Shown piece after piece: positions 38,630 to 56,712 of a DNA stretch of 64,000 nucleotides. Made by a program: the position numbers and the translations under genes. Each line of letters opens with the position of its first letter. Within the stretch, counting starts at the first letter, position 1. Origin of the DNA: Octopus sinensis (lineage: Eukaryota); assembly GCF_006345805.1 (NCBI RefSeq), contig NC_043011.1:66538464-66602463 (forward strand), written 5' to 3'. The notes below the pieces were generated by a model that was not told the origin of the DNA, did no database searches, and worked only from the letters and a program-made list of their open reading frames with translations.

Positions 38630-39770
38630 TTATTTAAGACGTCGAACAGTATTCAATATCGTGATGTTGTTAATTGCAGATATTGTATCTACCGGGGTTT
38701 GTGCTGTCTGTCAGGTCTACAATCTTTTATCTTTCTTTCATGATAATACGTTGAATCGCCGACACTGCCACATCGATTATTAGGTACTCTCTTATGTCCT
38801 CCCTAAAGGCTACTATATACGGCTTTTTGTGCTCTAACATCTTGTCTGTCTGGAAGTCAAAATCCCTGCAGATTTTGACTTCCCCTTTTCGTCTATTACT
38901 TGTTACCAAGCACCTGTTACATCGTATTCATACTTCCGACATGGTAACCAGTGAACGTTCTGGGTGACATTGTTGTATCTGCGCTTGTCCTCTTTCTGCG
39001 CAAGACATTCACAAGAACTAACAATGCGTCTCAATTTCGACCCCCTTCCCAGACGTTCACCAGAGATTCGTTGCACTAGTGTGCTACATATCTCTTTCAC
39101 TGGGGTGGTATTCGATGCCTGATCCCGGGTGATGATGATTACGTATTCAGTTTATAGGCCACCCTTTGTAGTCCCCTCCATGATTCTTCCTGGCCTCTTA
39201 AGTTGTTTATTTCACGGTGGAACTGACCATGTAATCCCATGCAGAGTAGAGTTTTTCTCTCTCAGAAGAGGTTCGTTATCGAAATGCACCTGTACTCTCA
39301 AGTCCACTTTCGGAAAATCCTTCTGCATTATCATCATCATACCCTAACACTTCTGGCTTTCTGTTTACCAAATATTCTGCTATGTTTCTTCTTTCATTTT
39401 TGATGCACTACCGTCCGAAAATCAGCCCATGTCTGTCTTCACAATTCTTCTGGTAGAGCCTGTGTACCACTGCATTAGGATGGAGGTTATAATGCGTTGT
39501 CATTTTGTTTCGGATAGTTGGTTAATCTCTGCTCCTCTCCACTTAAGGATGCGTGCACTATAGAGGAGTACAGTAACACACCATATGTTGATGGCAGTCA
39601 CAAGTTTCCATCACTTGAATGTCGATTTAAGAGAATTTAGATGTACTTCAAATATGCAGTGATGACCTTGTCTTTCATTTCTCTGTGTAAGATATTTTCC
39701 AGCTCCAGTATCCCAAGATACATGTGCACATAATCATCAGGGTCTTACATTCTCTCTGTCCATAATAACA
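38630..39770 (-). mobile_element. Degraded R4/Dong-like LINE fragment
   Basis: CECLAQKEDKRRYNNVTQNVHW; DFDFQTDKMLEHKKPYIV; LIIDVAV. Confidence 0.7.
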
Positions 39771-40525
39771 CTCTTTTCCGGAGATAAACCCCATAAAATT
39801 CCGAAAATGTGCGATTTTCGTAAATTTTTCACAATAGCAGAGATTAGGCGGTTAGTGAGTGTAAAAGCTCTCGACTGATTTTAGCATTTCTCTAGTAATA
39901 ATATACAGAAAGATTTTAGATCTCAGGCATTTTCATTTTCTACAATTTTTTTTATGTCAATCCAACCGAACACACATGTATGGGTGTGCGGGCATATAGA
40001 TTGCGTAATATAGGGTGGAATGAAAAGTAAAATATTTAGACCTAAAAATTCCTAAATATTATCATTAGGAAAATGGTAAATATTTGCTTAGATCAGTCTA
40101 GATCATTTATTCCCTCAACCACCTCCAAACTCTGCTAATGTCAAAACAATTCTAAAATTCCCACATTTTCATATTTTAATGGGTTTGAGGAAGTAAATGA
40201 CCTTAATAGCAGCTAAAATCTAGCATTTGCTTAGTAATTAAATACAGCAACATGTTCACCCTGAGACCTTTTAATTTCTGCACTTTGTTTTTTCAGTCTA
40301 CCATATTACAAAAGCTATAGAAAGCGTAAGCAAAAATGTAATCTTCCACTAGGAGGGGCATAAGAATCTATTCCTCAATTTTTTGAACAGATATATAGAG
40401 AAGAATGGGATAAAATCATGTTTTAGATAGCCTCCATTAACAGGTGTTATTAGGGAGGACTAATACACAGGCATACACACACACACGCGCGCGCGCGCAT
40501 ACAAACACGCATATATGTATGTATG

Positions 40526-40577
<52 letters not shown>

Positions 40578-40852
40578 GGAAATTAATGGTAAATTTGTTT
40601 TTTTTTTCATTCGTTCCTGTTGAATTTTATACCTAATTTTGTGGTTATAGAACCTAGCTGTTCTTTCTAACGTGTTGAATCCCATGGGTGGATTCCTCAT
40701 GGATTAAAATATACACTGAATTTTATGACTAATACATAGACTTTGGACTAAATTTTTACACGTTAGGCCACGGGAAATGAAAATTTTAATTAATTCCCAT
40801 TTCCATTTGATATGATAATATATATATATTTATATATATATATATATATATA

Positions 40853-41505
40853 CGAAAGAAGGTTTGAAAATGCAATTTAAAAGATGTTTATTTACTTTAC
40901 CGGTTTCACTCTTTGGAAAAAGATTGTCAAAAGTAACATGTGGAAGTTTGCTTGCGTTAATTATTGGTTGTTGCAAATTGCTACATTACATATATATATA
41001 CAGTCTTTGGTAACAGGGACATGTTAAGGACATAAAAAAGTTCAACAAGTTCCTTAAAATATTGGGCACAAAAGATTACATAAATAATCGTTCTCAAGGA
41101 CATACTTAAGATAGTTTCCAGAAGGAATTGATATTGGTATTGTATCTGTATATTCAAACATGCACAGAATATTGGTTGACACAGAGTACTATAATCCATA
41201 TAAATATACAGCCCTTGGTGAGAACAGTATGTTGAGAATATAAAAAGGTTTAACATTGAAATAATGGGCAGAAAAGATTAAAACAAATATATTATACATC
41301 TCAGGGTAATTTCCAGGAGGAATTATTAAAAAAGTTCATGTCCCTGTTACCAAAGACTGTATAAATATGTAACGTAGCAATTTGCAACAACCAATAATTA
41401 ACGCAACTAAACTTCCACATGTTACTTTTGACAATCTTTTTCCAAAGAGTGAAACCGGTAAAGTAAATAAACATCATTTAAATTGCATTTTCAAACCTTC
41501 TTTCG
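40853..41505. mobile_element. 653-bp MITE with ~170-bp terminal inverted repeats, TA-flanked (mariner-like ends)
   Basis: 40853-41023 (cgaaagaaggtttgaaaatgc...cagtctttggtaacagggacatg) is the reverse complement of 41337-41505 with few mismatches; absent from Y'. Confidence 0.88.
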
Positions 41506-41546
41506 TATATAATTCCACTCGTGCGGTACCCCACAACTCCACTTTG

Positions 41547-41631
<85 letters not shown>

Positions 41632-42589
41632 TACATATATATATTCACACAAATATATATATATGCATTCATCTATATGTGTGTGCATGTTTGTGAGTGT
41701 GTGCGTGTATGTGTGTGTATGTGTGTGCATTACAGTAAGGAGAATATAAGAACAAGCAATGAAATCGTATATACTTGCAGAAGCTTTCGTGTGTAAAAGT
41801 TCCCCCATAAGTTGCATTACAATGTGTTCTTGCCAAATCAATGCATTCGCTTGACGCGCAAACACCTGCAATAAAATTGTGACAATATGTAAAGAATAAT
41901 CTAATTATTGAATAGTTGTTATAAACACAACATATAGTTTTATATTTCGTTGTAGTCAGAATAATAATTGGCTACATATGCGAAGTATAATTTCACCTTT
42001 TATTTATTAAGTGATTGATATAATTACACCATACACAACACATGGCAGCATATACAATTTTGCCATAACTAATTGATGATTAAATATATGCTATACTTAC
42101 ATCATAATTTATAACATTTGATTCTGATCAGAATAATAGATGGAAATAAGATACTTTCTCTTAAACTGCAAGATTTTCTCATTTCCATAAGTTTGATACA
42201 ATTCTTTACAAATGACGACAAGTTAGCATTTATCGTCATTTCTAAAGAATTATATAAATATCATGGAAATCAAAAAATCTGGCTAACTTCGTTTCAAGTT
42301 GGATAATATTTAGTTTTATAATTATTTGATGAGACGGTGGACAGAGAAAAAAAGTTCGGCGTTTGTATTAAATTATGATTTTGATATATTCATTATAATT
42401 CAGTCTTGTATACGCTTAAATATGGGTACTTACTGCAAGCTAGAAAGATAGCAAGTGCAAAAAATATCATCTTTGATTTTCTTGTTAAAATTAATATTTG
42501 GTGATATGAGGAATTCGACGTGGGCCTTGCTGTATGCAACGATATATGTGCTGCAACATATGCTTTAAATTATTAATGCATCCTATACA

Positions 42590-42627
<38 letters not shown>

Positions 42628-42693
42628 CAGTGAGAGACAGACAGACAGAAATAATGACAGAGACATAGAGAGGGAAAGAAAGGAAGAAAGAAA

Positions 42694-42894
<201 letters not shown>

Positions 42895-43199
42895 CTATTT
42901 TATATATTTGACAAACAATAATTCTAAATTGTCGTTTTTAATGTTTCTTATAATACAGAATTACCTGAATAATATATGATTTTTTTATGTGAGAGAGATA
43001 AAGATAGATAGAAAGATAAAACGGTAGATACACAAATAATAATATTTCCTTGTCGTTTTTAACGATTCGTATAATATACAATTGCTTTAAGATACATATA
43101 TTTTTATATACGATAGTTTTGGTTGACGTTTTTAATTACATGTATAACGTTTACCATCTGTCTATCATAGATTGTTTATACAGCTTCTCAATTGTTAAA

Positions 43200-43920
43200 T
43201 GAAATCATCCCCAAATTTCTTTGATTGTCTAAAGGTTACGCCTATTTCCACCTCCACTCCACATCTCGTGTACCAGGCTCGGTCTATGCCTCCTCAATTA
43301 GTTTCCCCCCCCCGAGAGGTTTCGTGGTCTTACTACGTATATTACGTCCCTATATACCTCCACCCACTCTGTTTCTTGCTCCCTAATATTTTATCCCATA
43401 ACAGAGTACCCTCCATTCTATCAACTACACTTTTCATTGTTTTACCTTATTTTTCTTCTCATTTCATTCGATCCATTAGTGGGACATTTCTACAGAATGT
43501 CTATAGAGCCTACAACCACAAGAAAGGGGCTGTTAGTATTTTTCAGACTTGATGAGAATCAGGATCTTCTTGCAGTTCCCTGTCCGAATTCCTGAGATAT
43601 GAGGTCGGTACATTGACTACTGATTCACAAGAAACTATGTCTGTAGTTTCAGATTCTTCTTTACTGCTTCTTAGGATCCCCGTATTCTATATTGACAACG
43701 CATCTAAATTCCCTGTTCTTTCTTCTAACAACAATCAGATCTATTAGGTTCATCATTTAAAACCTACTGATAAATACTAATATCTATACAACCCGTCTCC
43801 AAGAGACATCCATCTCACATATTCCTCCCCTTGTTCCATATTCATCCGTTTTTCTCTGTCACTATATCTATAAGCTTGCGTTTAGGCATTCTGAAATTGT
43901 TATCCACCAGTTACCGAGAA
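43200..43920 (-). mobile_element. Possible old RTE-type LINE 3' remnant (paralog 55300-56040)
   Basis: Only weak broken peptides such as VVRPR; composition differs from the flanks. Confidence 0.25.
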
Positions 43921-44064
43921 TGAAACTCCACGCGTACAATCACACACACGTCAAATACACGCACATATAAGTATAAATTTCCGCGTATATGTTTAGTAGT
44001 GTACAGATATATGCATATGTGTGAATACATGCACGCTTACACACACATAAACTCAACCACACAC

Positions 44065-44166
44065 ATAGATAGATAGATAGATAGATAGACAGATAGACAA
44101 ATAGATAGATAGATAGATAGATAGATTGATAGATAGATAGTCAGATAGATAGACAGATAGATAGAC

Positions 44167-44220
<54 letters not shown>

Positions 44221-44246
44221 TCAGATATATAGACAGATAGATTGAC

Positions 44247-44320
<74 letters not shown>

Positions 44321-44366
44321 TCAGATATATAGACAGATAGATTGACAGATAGATAGATAGATAGAT

Positions 44367-44404
<38 letters not shown>
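44065..44404. repeat. (GATA)n/(GACA) microsatellite abutting the Tx1 LINE 3' end
   Basis: Directly visible. Confidence 0.97.
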
Positions 44405-44405
<1 letters not shown>

Positions 44406-44407
44406 AA

Positions 44408-46255
44408 TGTTTCTTTATTAGTCACACAGGGCTGCACACGAACGGGACATATTACAAAGTAAAGCTTTTCTTTTTGGGGAAAAGGGAAAAAACGAAGGTG
44501 GGGTAGGTTTTCGATCAAAAGGGATAGTTAAAGGGAAAGAAGAAAAAAAAGGGAAAAGAAACAAATGAAAAAAAACAATCAATAAGGATCGTGTATCACA
44601 GTGTCCTGATGTAAGTTGTAGAGGGGGAACTTTATCTGTGGGAAGAAAAGCCTAAAAAAAAACAACTGTAAACTCGGTCACTATTGTTACATGTTACCAC
44701 ATTTGTTTGCAAGTAGGTAACCCTCTGTTTTGAATTTACGGGTTCATAGGATTATGCTCAAGGTCGCTTCGTCGTCATTCATACGCGCCATCATTGCTAC
44801 ATTCACCATCTTTTTAAAACATTCGCTAGACAAGACTTGCCTCTCTACTCTCACTTTCCTATTCAAGTGATACTTGAAGAAGTTGATGAGATATTGACCA
44901 GAGAGGAAAAAGTTCGCCTCCAATCCTTTCAGACGCGTCCACCAGATACATTATTTCGCCATAGCCACAACGATGATCAAAATAGCTCTTTCTTCCCGTT
45001 TAAAGGAAGGAGACGTGACAATATTGACGATAGACTCAGCTGATAAACCGACTCGTCCCACACGTGACAGCAGTTGTTCGACATAAGCCCACTGATCGGA
45101 AATTGTTGGACACTGCACGAGTGCGTGCAGAACGGTTTCGTCGCTCTGACCACATCTCGGGCAGGTCGGCCCCGTGTTCCTCGAGCCGTGTCTGTAGAGC
45201 TTATCCCGAACGGGTAGCGCTTTTCAGTAGCACTGCCAGGCCAGGGATCTCTGGAAATTGTCCATGGGCCCTACCCCGAAAGTCGTCCTAAACGGCGGGT
45301 CAAGTATTCCTCGTCGACGTCCAGGTTCGCCCCTAGCTCGTCGTCGTACCTCTCCTCCACTAATCCCCAATAGAATGCTTGGGTTGTGCTGAAGTCACTC
45401 AAATTCGACACAAGACGGCAGAGTTGCTGGAGAGCAACTCGACACTCGTAGCGTCATTCGCATTTTCTCGGCCTCTTTTTCATTCACGACTGCAGTTCGG
45501 TCATGGAGACTAGCTGCGGGAAAGCGTGCCTCACAAACGGCGACCACACCTGTTCACCGTCGTCTACGAAGAGCCTGAGATGTTGCAGTCCCAGCGCGTG
45601 TCTGCGCATCATCAACCACGGCATGCCCAGTCCTCCTTTTAACGGATGTTGACAGCAAAGGGATCGCCCGACAATCGGGACGCATCCTTTCCACAAGTAG
45701 CGAAAGAGAATGCGTTCTAGTTTGGTGATGGAAGGGTCGGGACAAGGCACGACGGTCAGGCGGTAGTAGATGACGGACACGATGTACGAATTTGCCACCT
45801 CCACCCGACCTTTTAGGGACAATTTCCTGTCGGCCCATTGCCGGGCGAGAGTGACCACCCTACTCGTTATCTCGTTCCAGTTCTTCTCCATTTGGAAGAA
45901 CGGACCAAACCAGACCCCGAGCAACTCGGCCGGAGCGTCGGTCCAGCGTCCCACAACGGATGCGCTGGTGGACGACATGGGTTTGCTTCTCCAGGTGCCG
46001 AGGCTCAAGCCCACTGATTTTTCCCGGTTGATTTTCGCTCGTCCCACATCCCAGTTCTAGCGGGATGCCCCCCAGAGTTGCCAGCTTCTGCAATAATTGC
46101 TCGATAGTTAATACGTACGGAAGCGACGAGAGAGGGCATCCCTGACGGATCGAACGTGCAATGTCGCAAGGTCTCGATAGATATCCATTTACGCGAATTA
46201 CCGAACGGATGCCTCTGCACAAAGCAGCTATCCAGCCGTGGAAGACGGGACAGGA
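44408..46255 (-). mobile_element. Tx1/L1-clade LINE, 5'-truncated, internal deletion removing the YADD region (copy a)
   Basis: RQGCPLSSLPYVL; AKINREKS; LLGVWF; LSLKGRVEVANS; KGGLGMP; zf-RVT-like CPRC..ETVLHALVQC; 3' end AATAAAGAAACA followed by (TCTA)n. Confidence 0.92.
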
Positions 46256-46259
46256 ACAA

Positions 46260-47353
46260 CTTTTGTTGGAGAGCAACGCGGCACTCGCCCCGGGATCATT
46301 GTCGTACCTCCCCTCCACTAATCCCCTATAAATTGCTTCCGTGGTGGTGCAGTTCTCAAGTTTGACCCAGGACGACAAAGTTGCTGGAGAGCAACCCGAC
46401 ACTCGCCGTGCCATTTGCCCTTCCTCAGCCTCTTTTTGATACACGATTGCAGCTCTGTCATGGAGACGAGTTGTGGGAAAGTGTGCCTCACAAACGGCGA
46501 CCACAAACGGCGATCACCGTCGTCTACGTAGAGCTGGAGATTTCGCAGTCTCAGCAGCGCGTGCCTGCGCATCATAATCCACGTCATGCACAGCCCTTCT
46601 TTCAGCAGGTGTTGACAGCAATCGGATCGCTTGACCATCGGAACGTTTCTTTTCTACAAGAAGCGGAAGAGGATGCGTTCCAGTTTAGTGAAGGTGGGGT
46701 CGCGACAAAGCACGGCGGTCAGGCGGTAGTTGATGATGGACGCCATGAACGTGTTCGCCACCTCCGCCCGACCTTTTAAGGACAGCTTCCTCTCGTCCAA
46801 TTACCTGCAGATAATAGGCCACCCTACTCGTTATCTCGTCCCAGTTCTCTGTTTTCAGGTCTGTCCCGAACCAGACTCCAAGAAATATCACGGCCCCGTC
46901 CGTCCAGAGTCCCACTACTGAAGCGCTGGTGGACGGCATGAGCTTGCTTCTCCAGGTACCCAGCCACAAGTCCACCGACTTTTTTCGGTTGATTCTTCCT
47001 CCCGTCACAGCTTCGTTGTCTTGCACTGTCTGGCCGAGTAGCTCGATGTGCTCGTGGCTAGACACTACGAAACTGACGTTGTCCGAGTATGCGGTCACGC
47101 TGGTCCCTCACCTCACTTCTCGCGGGATGCTCCCCAGCATTGACAGCTTCCGCAGTAGTAGCTCGAGAGTCAATACGTACGGAAGCGACGAGAGGGGGCA
47201 TTCCTGACGGACCGAACGTGCAATATCGAAAGGTCTTCATAAATGCCCAGTCACGCGAATTACGAACCGATGCCTCTGTACAATGCAGCCATCCAGCCGC
47301 GGAATATGGCACCGAAGCCGCCCGCTATGAGGACAGCCTCCAAGTATCGAGGC
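46260..47353 (-). mobile_element. Tx1/L1-clade LINE internal fragment (copy b)
   Basis: RYLEAVL, VRQECPLSSLPYVL, TAYSDNV (decayed YADD), FLGVWF, LSLKGRAEVAN; truncated at both ends and joined directly to block X'. Confidence 0.9.
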
Positions 47354-49278
47354 TGTACTCTGATGTGAACAAAAGTTTCTCTGTGGTTTTAAATGATACA
47401 ACGAGACTTAATCTCCATTAACGTGACGCCTTGATGACACGGCCGAAAGTGCAACCAATAAAATTGGTTTCAAAATATGGCACAAAGACGGACGAAATGC
47501 TGCTAAGCATTTCATCCGGTGTACTAATGACTCTGCCCCTCAGCTGCCTTACAGTTACATAATATTAAATGGCGACAGCAGTTCTTTCATCGTAGAAGCA
47601 TATACATTGATGTTGCACAGGGTTATGTACGTCTCCCCCAGAAATTCTATATTATTGCCTCTGAAATTATTTGTTACCAAATATAAATCTGAAATATGAT
47701 GACGCAGAAGAGCGTCAATAATTATTAGAAGTTCCTTTAAACTGATATGTATTATAACTGCAATAATTTTAATATCAGTTATCATTAAATATCAAATTTT
47801 TAATATAAGGGAAATCTTATAGGAAAACAAAGACATCGATAGGTATGTATAAAATTTATTAATTGAATTTCAATGTATCATCAAAATACACAGCATCGTA
47901 TGAAGATCGGTAAGTGAATAAATATAAAATTCAACTTGGAAACAGAAAAATGTTGATAGTTGAACAGACATCATTAGTGGACCAACGATCATAAAGAGAA
48001 CGCCGGGAAATCTGTGGTCACTTCAAATCGGAGCAAAACAATATTCAGCTAAATAGACGTTGCTACAACAGCGAGAATTGCAAATTACGAAACTGTTTTG
48101 AGCTTAGTCTGTAAAAAATAATATTGAATAATTTATTTAAACATCTTAAATGGCGTTTTGGGGTAAAAAAACAACGCATATTACCTTTGAATATCGGCAT
48201 GCCTTAACGGAAGCCTATATCAGTGAAATTAATGAATGAAAACAATATTTATTACAATTTTAGTAATACATTTTCAGCTAGTAGTGATCATACTTCATCA
48301 TATTTCATTAATGTTTCCATTGCTCCCTAGAAGTAATCATTGTTATACCAATATTTGTAGAGTTATAATGAATTTATTGTACAAGGATATGTTTGGATAA
48401 AATATTTGGATCATTTCGAAACCTGCACTGGTAATGAAGGCGTAATATATAGAGAGATGTTCCACCGACATAATCTGGCGGCAAAATCTTTTGTGAGCCT
48501 CAGTAAAAGAATCTTTCGGAACAAGAAAATAATGAACTTCGATCAAGTACAAATATCTCTGGATATCCAACAGCCTATAAATCCACCATTCTCTTGTATC
48601 GTTCCCGCTGAAGAGGACGAGATTAAGGAGCAAACCCAGCGGGGAAAATGGTAAAGTTGGCGAAGGATGAAGGCTTCAACTGAATGTCCCAGTCTTCATG
48701 AGGATTCCGGTAGGTGGCACCTACCTTCTCCTGTCACGTGATAATTTAAAGCGATCTGATATGGAGGGCTTTCGGTTGTCTAATCTGACGCCGATAAAGC
48801 GTTCATGATTCAGATCAATATTGGAGGTGTGTGAAGAGAGATCGATATATAGAGAGTCTTGTCGATCTTTGTTTTCTTATTCCGAAACACTCGTTTGCTG
48901 AGGCACCCGAAAAATGTAAGGGCCAGTTCTAGGCGGTATTTGATGATATTACAGGATTGCGTTGATAGTAATGAACAGACCTTACCGTGATACTGAATCC
49001 GAAAATTGGGTAGGGGCCTTTTTACAGTTGTAGTTCCCCAAAATTTTAATACTGCATGCTACCGCTATTACGCTAGTATTACCGGTAATCTACGCCAAAA
49101 TTTACATTGCACTAATTGTATACTGTTGGAACTGTATAGTGTTGATACGTACCTCACTGAGCTGTGCAGGACTGTTAAAGAGACCTCTTGGTATGTGCCT
49201 TTTCACCAAATGCTAAAACAAATATTTTAATATATTATCGTGAAATTGTGTCCTTAATAGAAGGAAGATATATTATAT

Positions 49279-49340
<62 letters not shown>

Positions 49341-49968
49341 CAATAAAATATTAGATTATATTTTATTATATTATATTGTAATATATTATATTATATTATA
49401 TTATATTATATTATAAATATAAAGCAGTGGTTAGCAGAATTAAAAACTGTCCGAGGACTATGAATTACATTACACATATATTTAGAGGAATAGTGTCCAA
49501 GGTAGATTCCTAATATGCTAAGAATAAGACGCCCAATTGCCTTAGCAACGACAATATTTTCTCAAAAATCTGAGCATACAGCAGAATGTATGCAAATAAG
49601 ATAAATGAAAGGACAGAAAATAATCCTTGTTCTTTTTAAATTGGAAATTCATAGGTTTCTTCGCAGTGCATTACGTTCCTTTATTGGAGCAACTTCGATT
49701 TACAGCTGTTTCAGGTTATCATTATAGGTTCATTATACATCGTTTTACTCAGGCGGTCTATAGATCAGTTGAGAAAACTTTAAAAGAAGTAATACCAAGC
49801 TCAGCAACGATATAGTGTTCTATACACATATGTAAGATATGGCATAATTATACACAGGACAAATTTAAGCCATTCAACCGGAGACTGAAAAGATGATGAA
49901 ACAATCTTTATCGATTTTCGAACCTTATTGGGTTCTTATCAAAACCGCCTACATCATTCCGACTGTCT

Positions 49969-50054
<86 letters not shown>

Positions 50055-50057
<3 letters not shown>

Positions 50058-51440
50058 AGAGTGTAAGAAAAAAACAACAGACGAAGGCAGGTGGTCTATA
50101 AAAAATAACCGACGTATTAGTGTGTGTGCGTGTGAAAGACAACTGTTGGTCTGGACGTGTCCGTGCAAATATGTGTAGGTGGGAAGATGTGGGGATGGGG
50201 GTGTGGGTGGTGTGTTGTGATGTGATGTGTAATGTTGTATGGTGGAGTGTGGTGTGATATGATGTTGTTGGGATGTGCGGGAGGCGAGAGTGGGCTAAGC
50301 ACGAGTGGGTTGTGGGTTTGGCTGTGGGTTGGGATAGATTTGGGGGTTGTGGGTAAGCAGAGGATTGGGGTAGAGGTTGGGTATGTGGGGTGTGTGGGGG
50401 AGGATGGGATGGGGATGGGAAGTAGAGGGAAGGTGGAGTAGTGATGTGTAGAGTGGGTGGGCTTATGGGGAGAGGGAAGGTGGGTATGTGAGGAGAGAGA
50501 GGAGGAGTGAAGAGAGAAAGAGAATAAGAGAGGAGAGAGAATAGAGAGAAGAGAGAGAGAAAGAAAGAAGAGAGAAAGAGAGTAAGAGGGAAGAGGGAAA
50601 AAGAGGAGAGAAGGAGAGAAAGAGAGTAGGAGAGAAGAGAGTAAGAGAAAGGAGGGAAAGAGTGTAGGGGTGAAGAGAAGTAGGAGTGAAAAGAAGTAGG
50701 CGTGGGGAAAGAGGGGAAAGAAGGAAAGCGAGGAACGAGAGAGAAAGAGGGAAGAGAGAAAGAGAGAAAGAAAGAAGAGAGAAAGAGAGTAAGAGGGAAG
50801 AGGGAAAGCGGGGAGAGAAGGAGAAAAGAGAGTAGGATAAAAGAGAGAAAGAGAGTAAGAGAAAGGAGGGAAAGAATGTAGGAGTGAAGAGAAGTAGGAG
50901 TCGGGAAAGAGAGGAGAGTTCGGTGGGAAGAAGGAGGAGGGAGGGGAGAGAGAAGGAGAGTGAGGAGGAAGAGAGAAAGAGAGAAAAGAGAAAGTGAGTA
51001 AGGGAGAAGAGGAAAATAGAGTAGGGTGAAAAGATGTAGGAGTGAGGAGAAGTAGGAGTCAAGGAGGATGTTAGATGAAGAGGGGCAAACGGGAGTCCTG
51101 ATGGCTTCTGTTCAAGGACAATCCGAACACAGTCAGCTGTTGCAAGGAGTGACCGGTGGAGCGGAAATGGCGTGAGACTGGGGTGTCATTGCCGAGGCGG
51201 ATGTCACGGAGATGTCCGCGATCCGGTCAGCCAAGCGTCGTCCTGTTTGTCCGATGTACAGGGAAAGCAGAGAGAGCAGGAGGTAGGGTTGGGGAAGAAG
51301 CTGTGGACCAAGAGGTCTCGTAGGCTGTGCGCTCGTTTGAAGGAGGGGAGGGGTCGGTAATATATATATATTTATATATATATATATATACAATGCAGAC
51401 CTGACAAAACTGAAAGATAACAAACTTTATTTCATCTAAG
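50055..51440 (-). mobile_element. Paralog of the deleted Penelope-like element (longer GA tract, frameshifted GIY-YIG)
   Basis: YIGQTGRRLADRI then a 1-bp deletion near 51215; ~225 bp missing near 50120 relative to X. Confidence 0.8.
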
Positions 51441-52029
51441 AACATTCTTTACGAGTAACACGTCATTCTAAGTCCGAGTTATATAGTATTAGTAAATGGA
51501 TTATTGATAGCATTATGGAAAACCTCTCAAGCCCACACAATAATAGAATGCTGAACAAGAAACTATGGAATATAGATAAATATGAAACGCAAAATATACA
51601 TTAGACACTATTCGCTGTTATTATCGTGGAAAGTAATGTCCTCAGGGTATTACTGTTCATTGTGGCCGTCTTAGATATGGCCTCTAACACAGAAATTTCC
51701 AATCTCGTAAGAAATGCAGCAAAAGTCTCACAAGCAATACAGATCTGTGCATATCCCACATACTTGCAAAAGACTTAGAGTCAGTCTACAGGACAACAAT
51801 ATTCAACTTAATGTTGAGCGACTCCAAAGCCTATGCCATCAGCATGCTAAATGCAACACATTTTTTTATTGTTTTACTATTGCTCCTAACTTTGGTCGCC
51901 ACATGAAGTATAATTAATAGCAGAACGCGAAGCAGTATAACGAAGCTACACTATGATGATCGTATCAGTACAGTAGAGAAGCTACACGGATAAACTCAAA
52001 TTTATGAGAGTAGCCTCGGGAATGAAGGC

Positions 52030-52246
52030 AGAATATACACGCCGGGCGAAATGCTTAGCAGTATTTGGTCTGCTGCTACGTTCTGATTTCAAATCCCGTC
52101 GAGGTCGATTTTGCCTTTTATCCTTTCGGGGTCGATAAATTAAGTACCAGTTAAGTGCTGCGGTCGATGTAATCGACACAATACATTAGTCTATCCGCGT
52201 TTTTCCCTCTCTATGTTTATCTCCCTGTGTGCATTAAAGAAATAGG
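52030..52246 (+). mobile_element. tRNA-derived SINE with tail type B
   Basis: cgccgggcgaaatgcttagcagtattt...ttcaaatcccgtcgaggtcga...atcctttcggggtcgataaattaagtaccag...tccctgtgtgcattaaagaaata. Confidence 0.85.
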
Positions 52247-52957
52247 GATATACATTCTGAAATATAGTTCTGGAAGTTCATGGAAAGACTAGAACCGAAC
52301 GTTAACACGAAAAGTTAATATGATCTCGAAATTTCCACCAAAGTAAGGATTAGAGACTGCAATAACATGGAATTCAAAAGTTTGCTCCTTAATAGTTACA
52401 CGAAAGACTTAATGTCGCTAAAGTTAGTGGACAAAGATGTTTTCAAACTGAATTGCATTGCCTATTGGGAAGGGTCCCGAAGTAACGACCTGCATGCTAG
52501 GAAATACAAACGGGCGCAACTACACCTACACTCGCATACAACAAATACTGCTTATAAAAGGAACGTTGATGAAAAAGGGGCAACACCACCTGGCGGCGAC
52601 TTACCACGACAACGGTTCCCGAGCTGAAACAATTAAAAGAGTTCAACGGTTCTGATTTAGAATTTTTATGAATGATTCATTTTGGAAATAATTATTTCGA
52701 TTATTATGAAAATGACATTTACCGAGCATACACTGGAGCCGAGAGCTTCAAAGTATTCATCACAGACTTTATTTATCCCATCCATACAGGCAAGGAATGC
52801 TTTGAGATTTCTGAAAGACAAAAATACTCGGAAAACGTGTGGTGTATATCAACAAACGGTTCGCGATCCGGAAATTTACGGAACATAAAGAAATCAACTT
52901 TAATTTTCATGTGCTGTTGAAACACTCGCGATCACAAACACACACGCTTTCACGCGT

Positions 52958-53019
<62 letters not shown>

Positions 53020-53120
53020 GCACGCACACACACTCACACACACAACTTCATATAATGTGCCCATGCAGATGTGTTGTCATTCGAAGGGTTCATGTTAACA
53101 TAATAATAATGATAATAATA

Positions 53121-56333
<3,213 letters not shown>

Positions 56334-56712
56334 CATTGAGAGGCAGACAGAGAGAGAGATAATATATATATATAGATAAGTTTCGTTATTGGCCACACAG
56401 GGCTGCACACAGATGGGACAAATTACAAGGTAGAGCTTTTCTTTTGGGGGATGAAAAAAAAAGTAAAAGAAACAAAAGAAAAGAAAAAAGATAAAAGAAG
56501 AAAAAAGAGGAATTATGGGGGAGAGGAAAAAAAACAATCAATAGGGATCGTGTATCACAGTGTCATGATGTACGGTGTAGAGGGGAAAGCAGATAAGATT
56601 TATCCGTGGGAAGAAAAGCCTATGAAAAAGACCACAGTAACCTCGGTCAATATTGTTATATGTTACCACATTTGTTTGCAAGTAGGTAACCCTCTGTTTT
56701 CAATTTCTGGGT

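Larger units (their letters stand above)
47354..53105 (+). repeat. Segmental duplication block X' (copy 2)
   Basis: Starts tgtactctgatgtgaacaaaag, matching 16791; ends gttcatgttaacataata, matching 23211. Confidence 0.95.
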
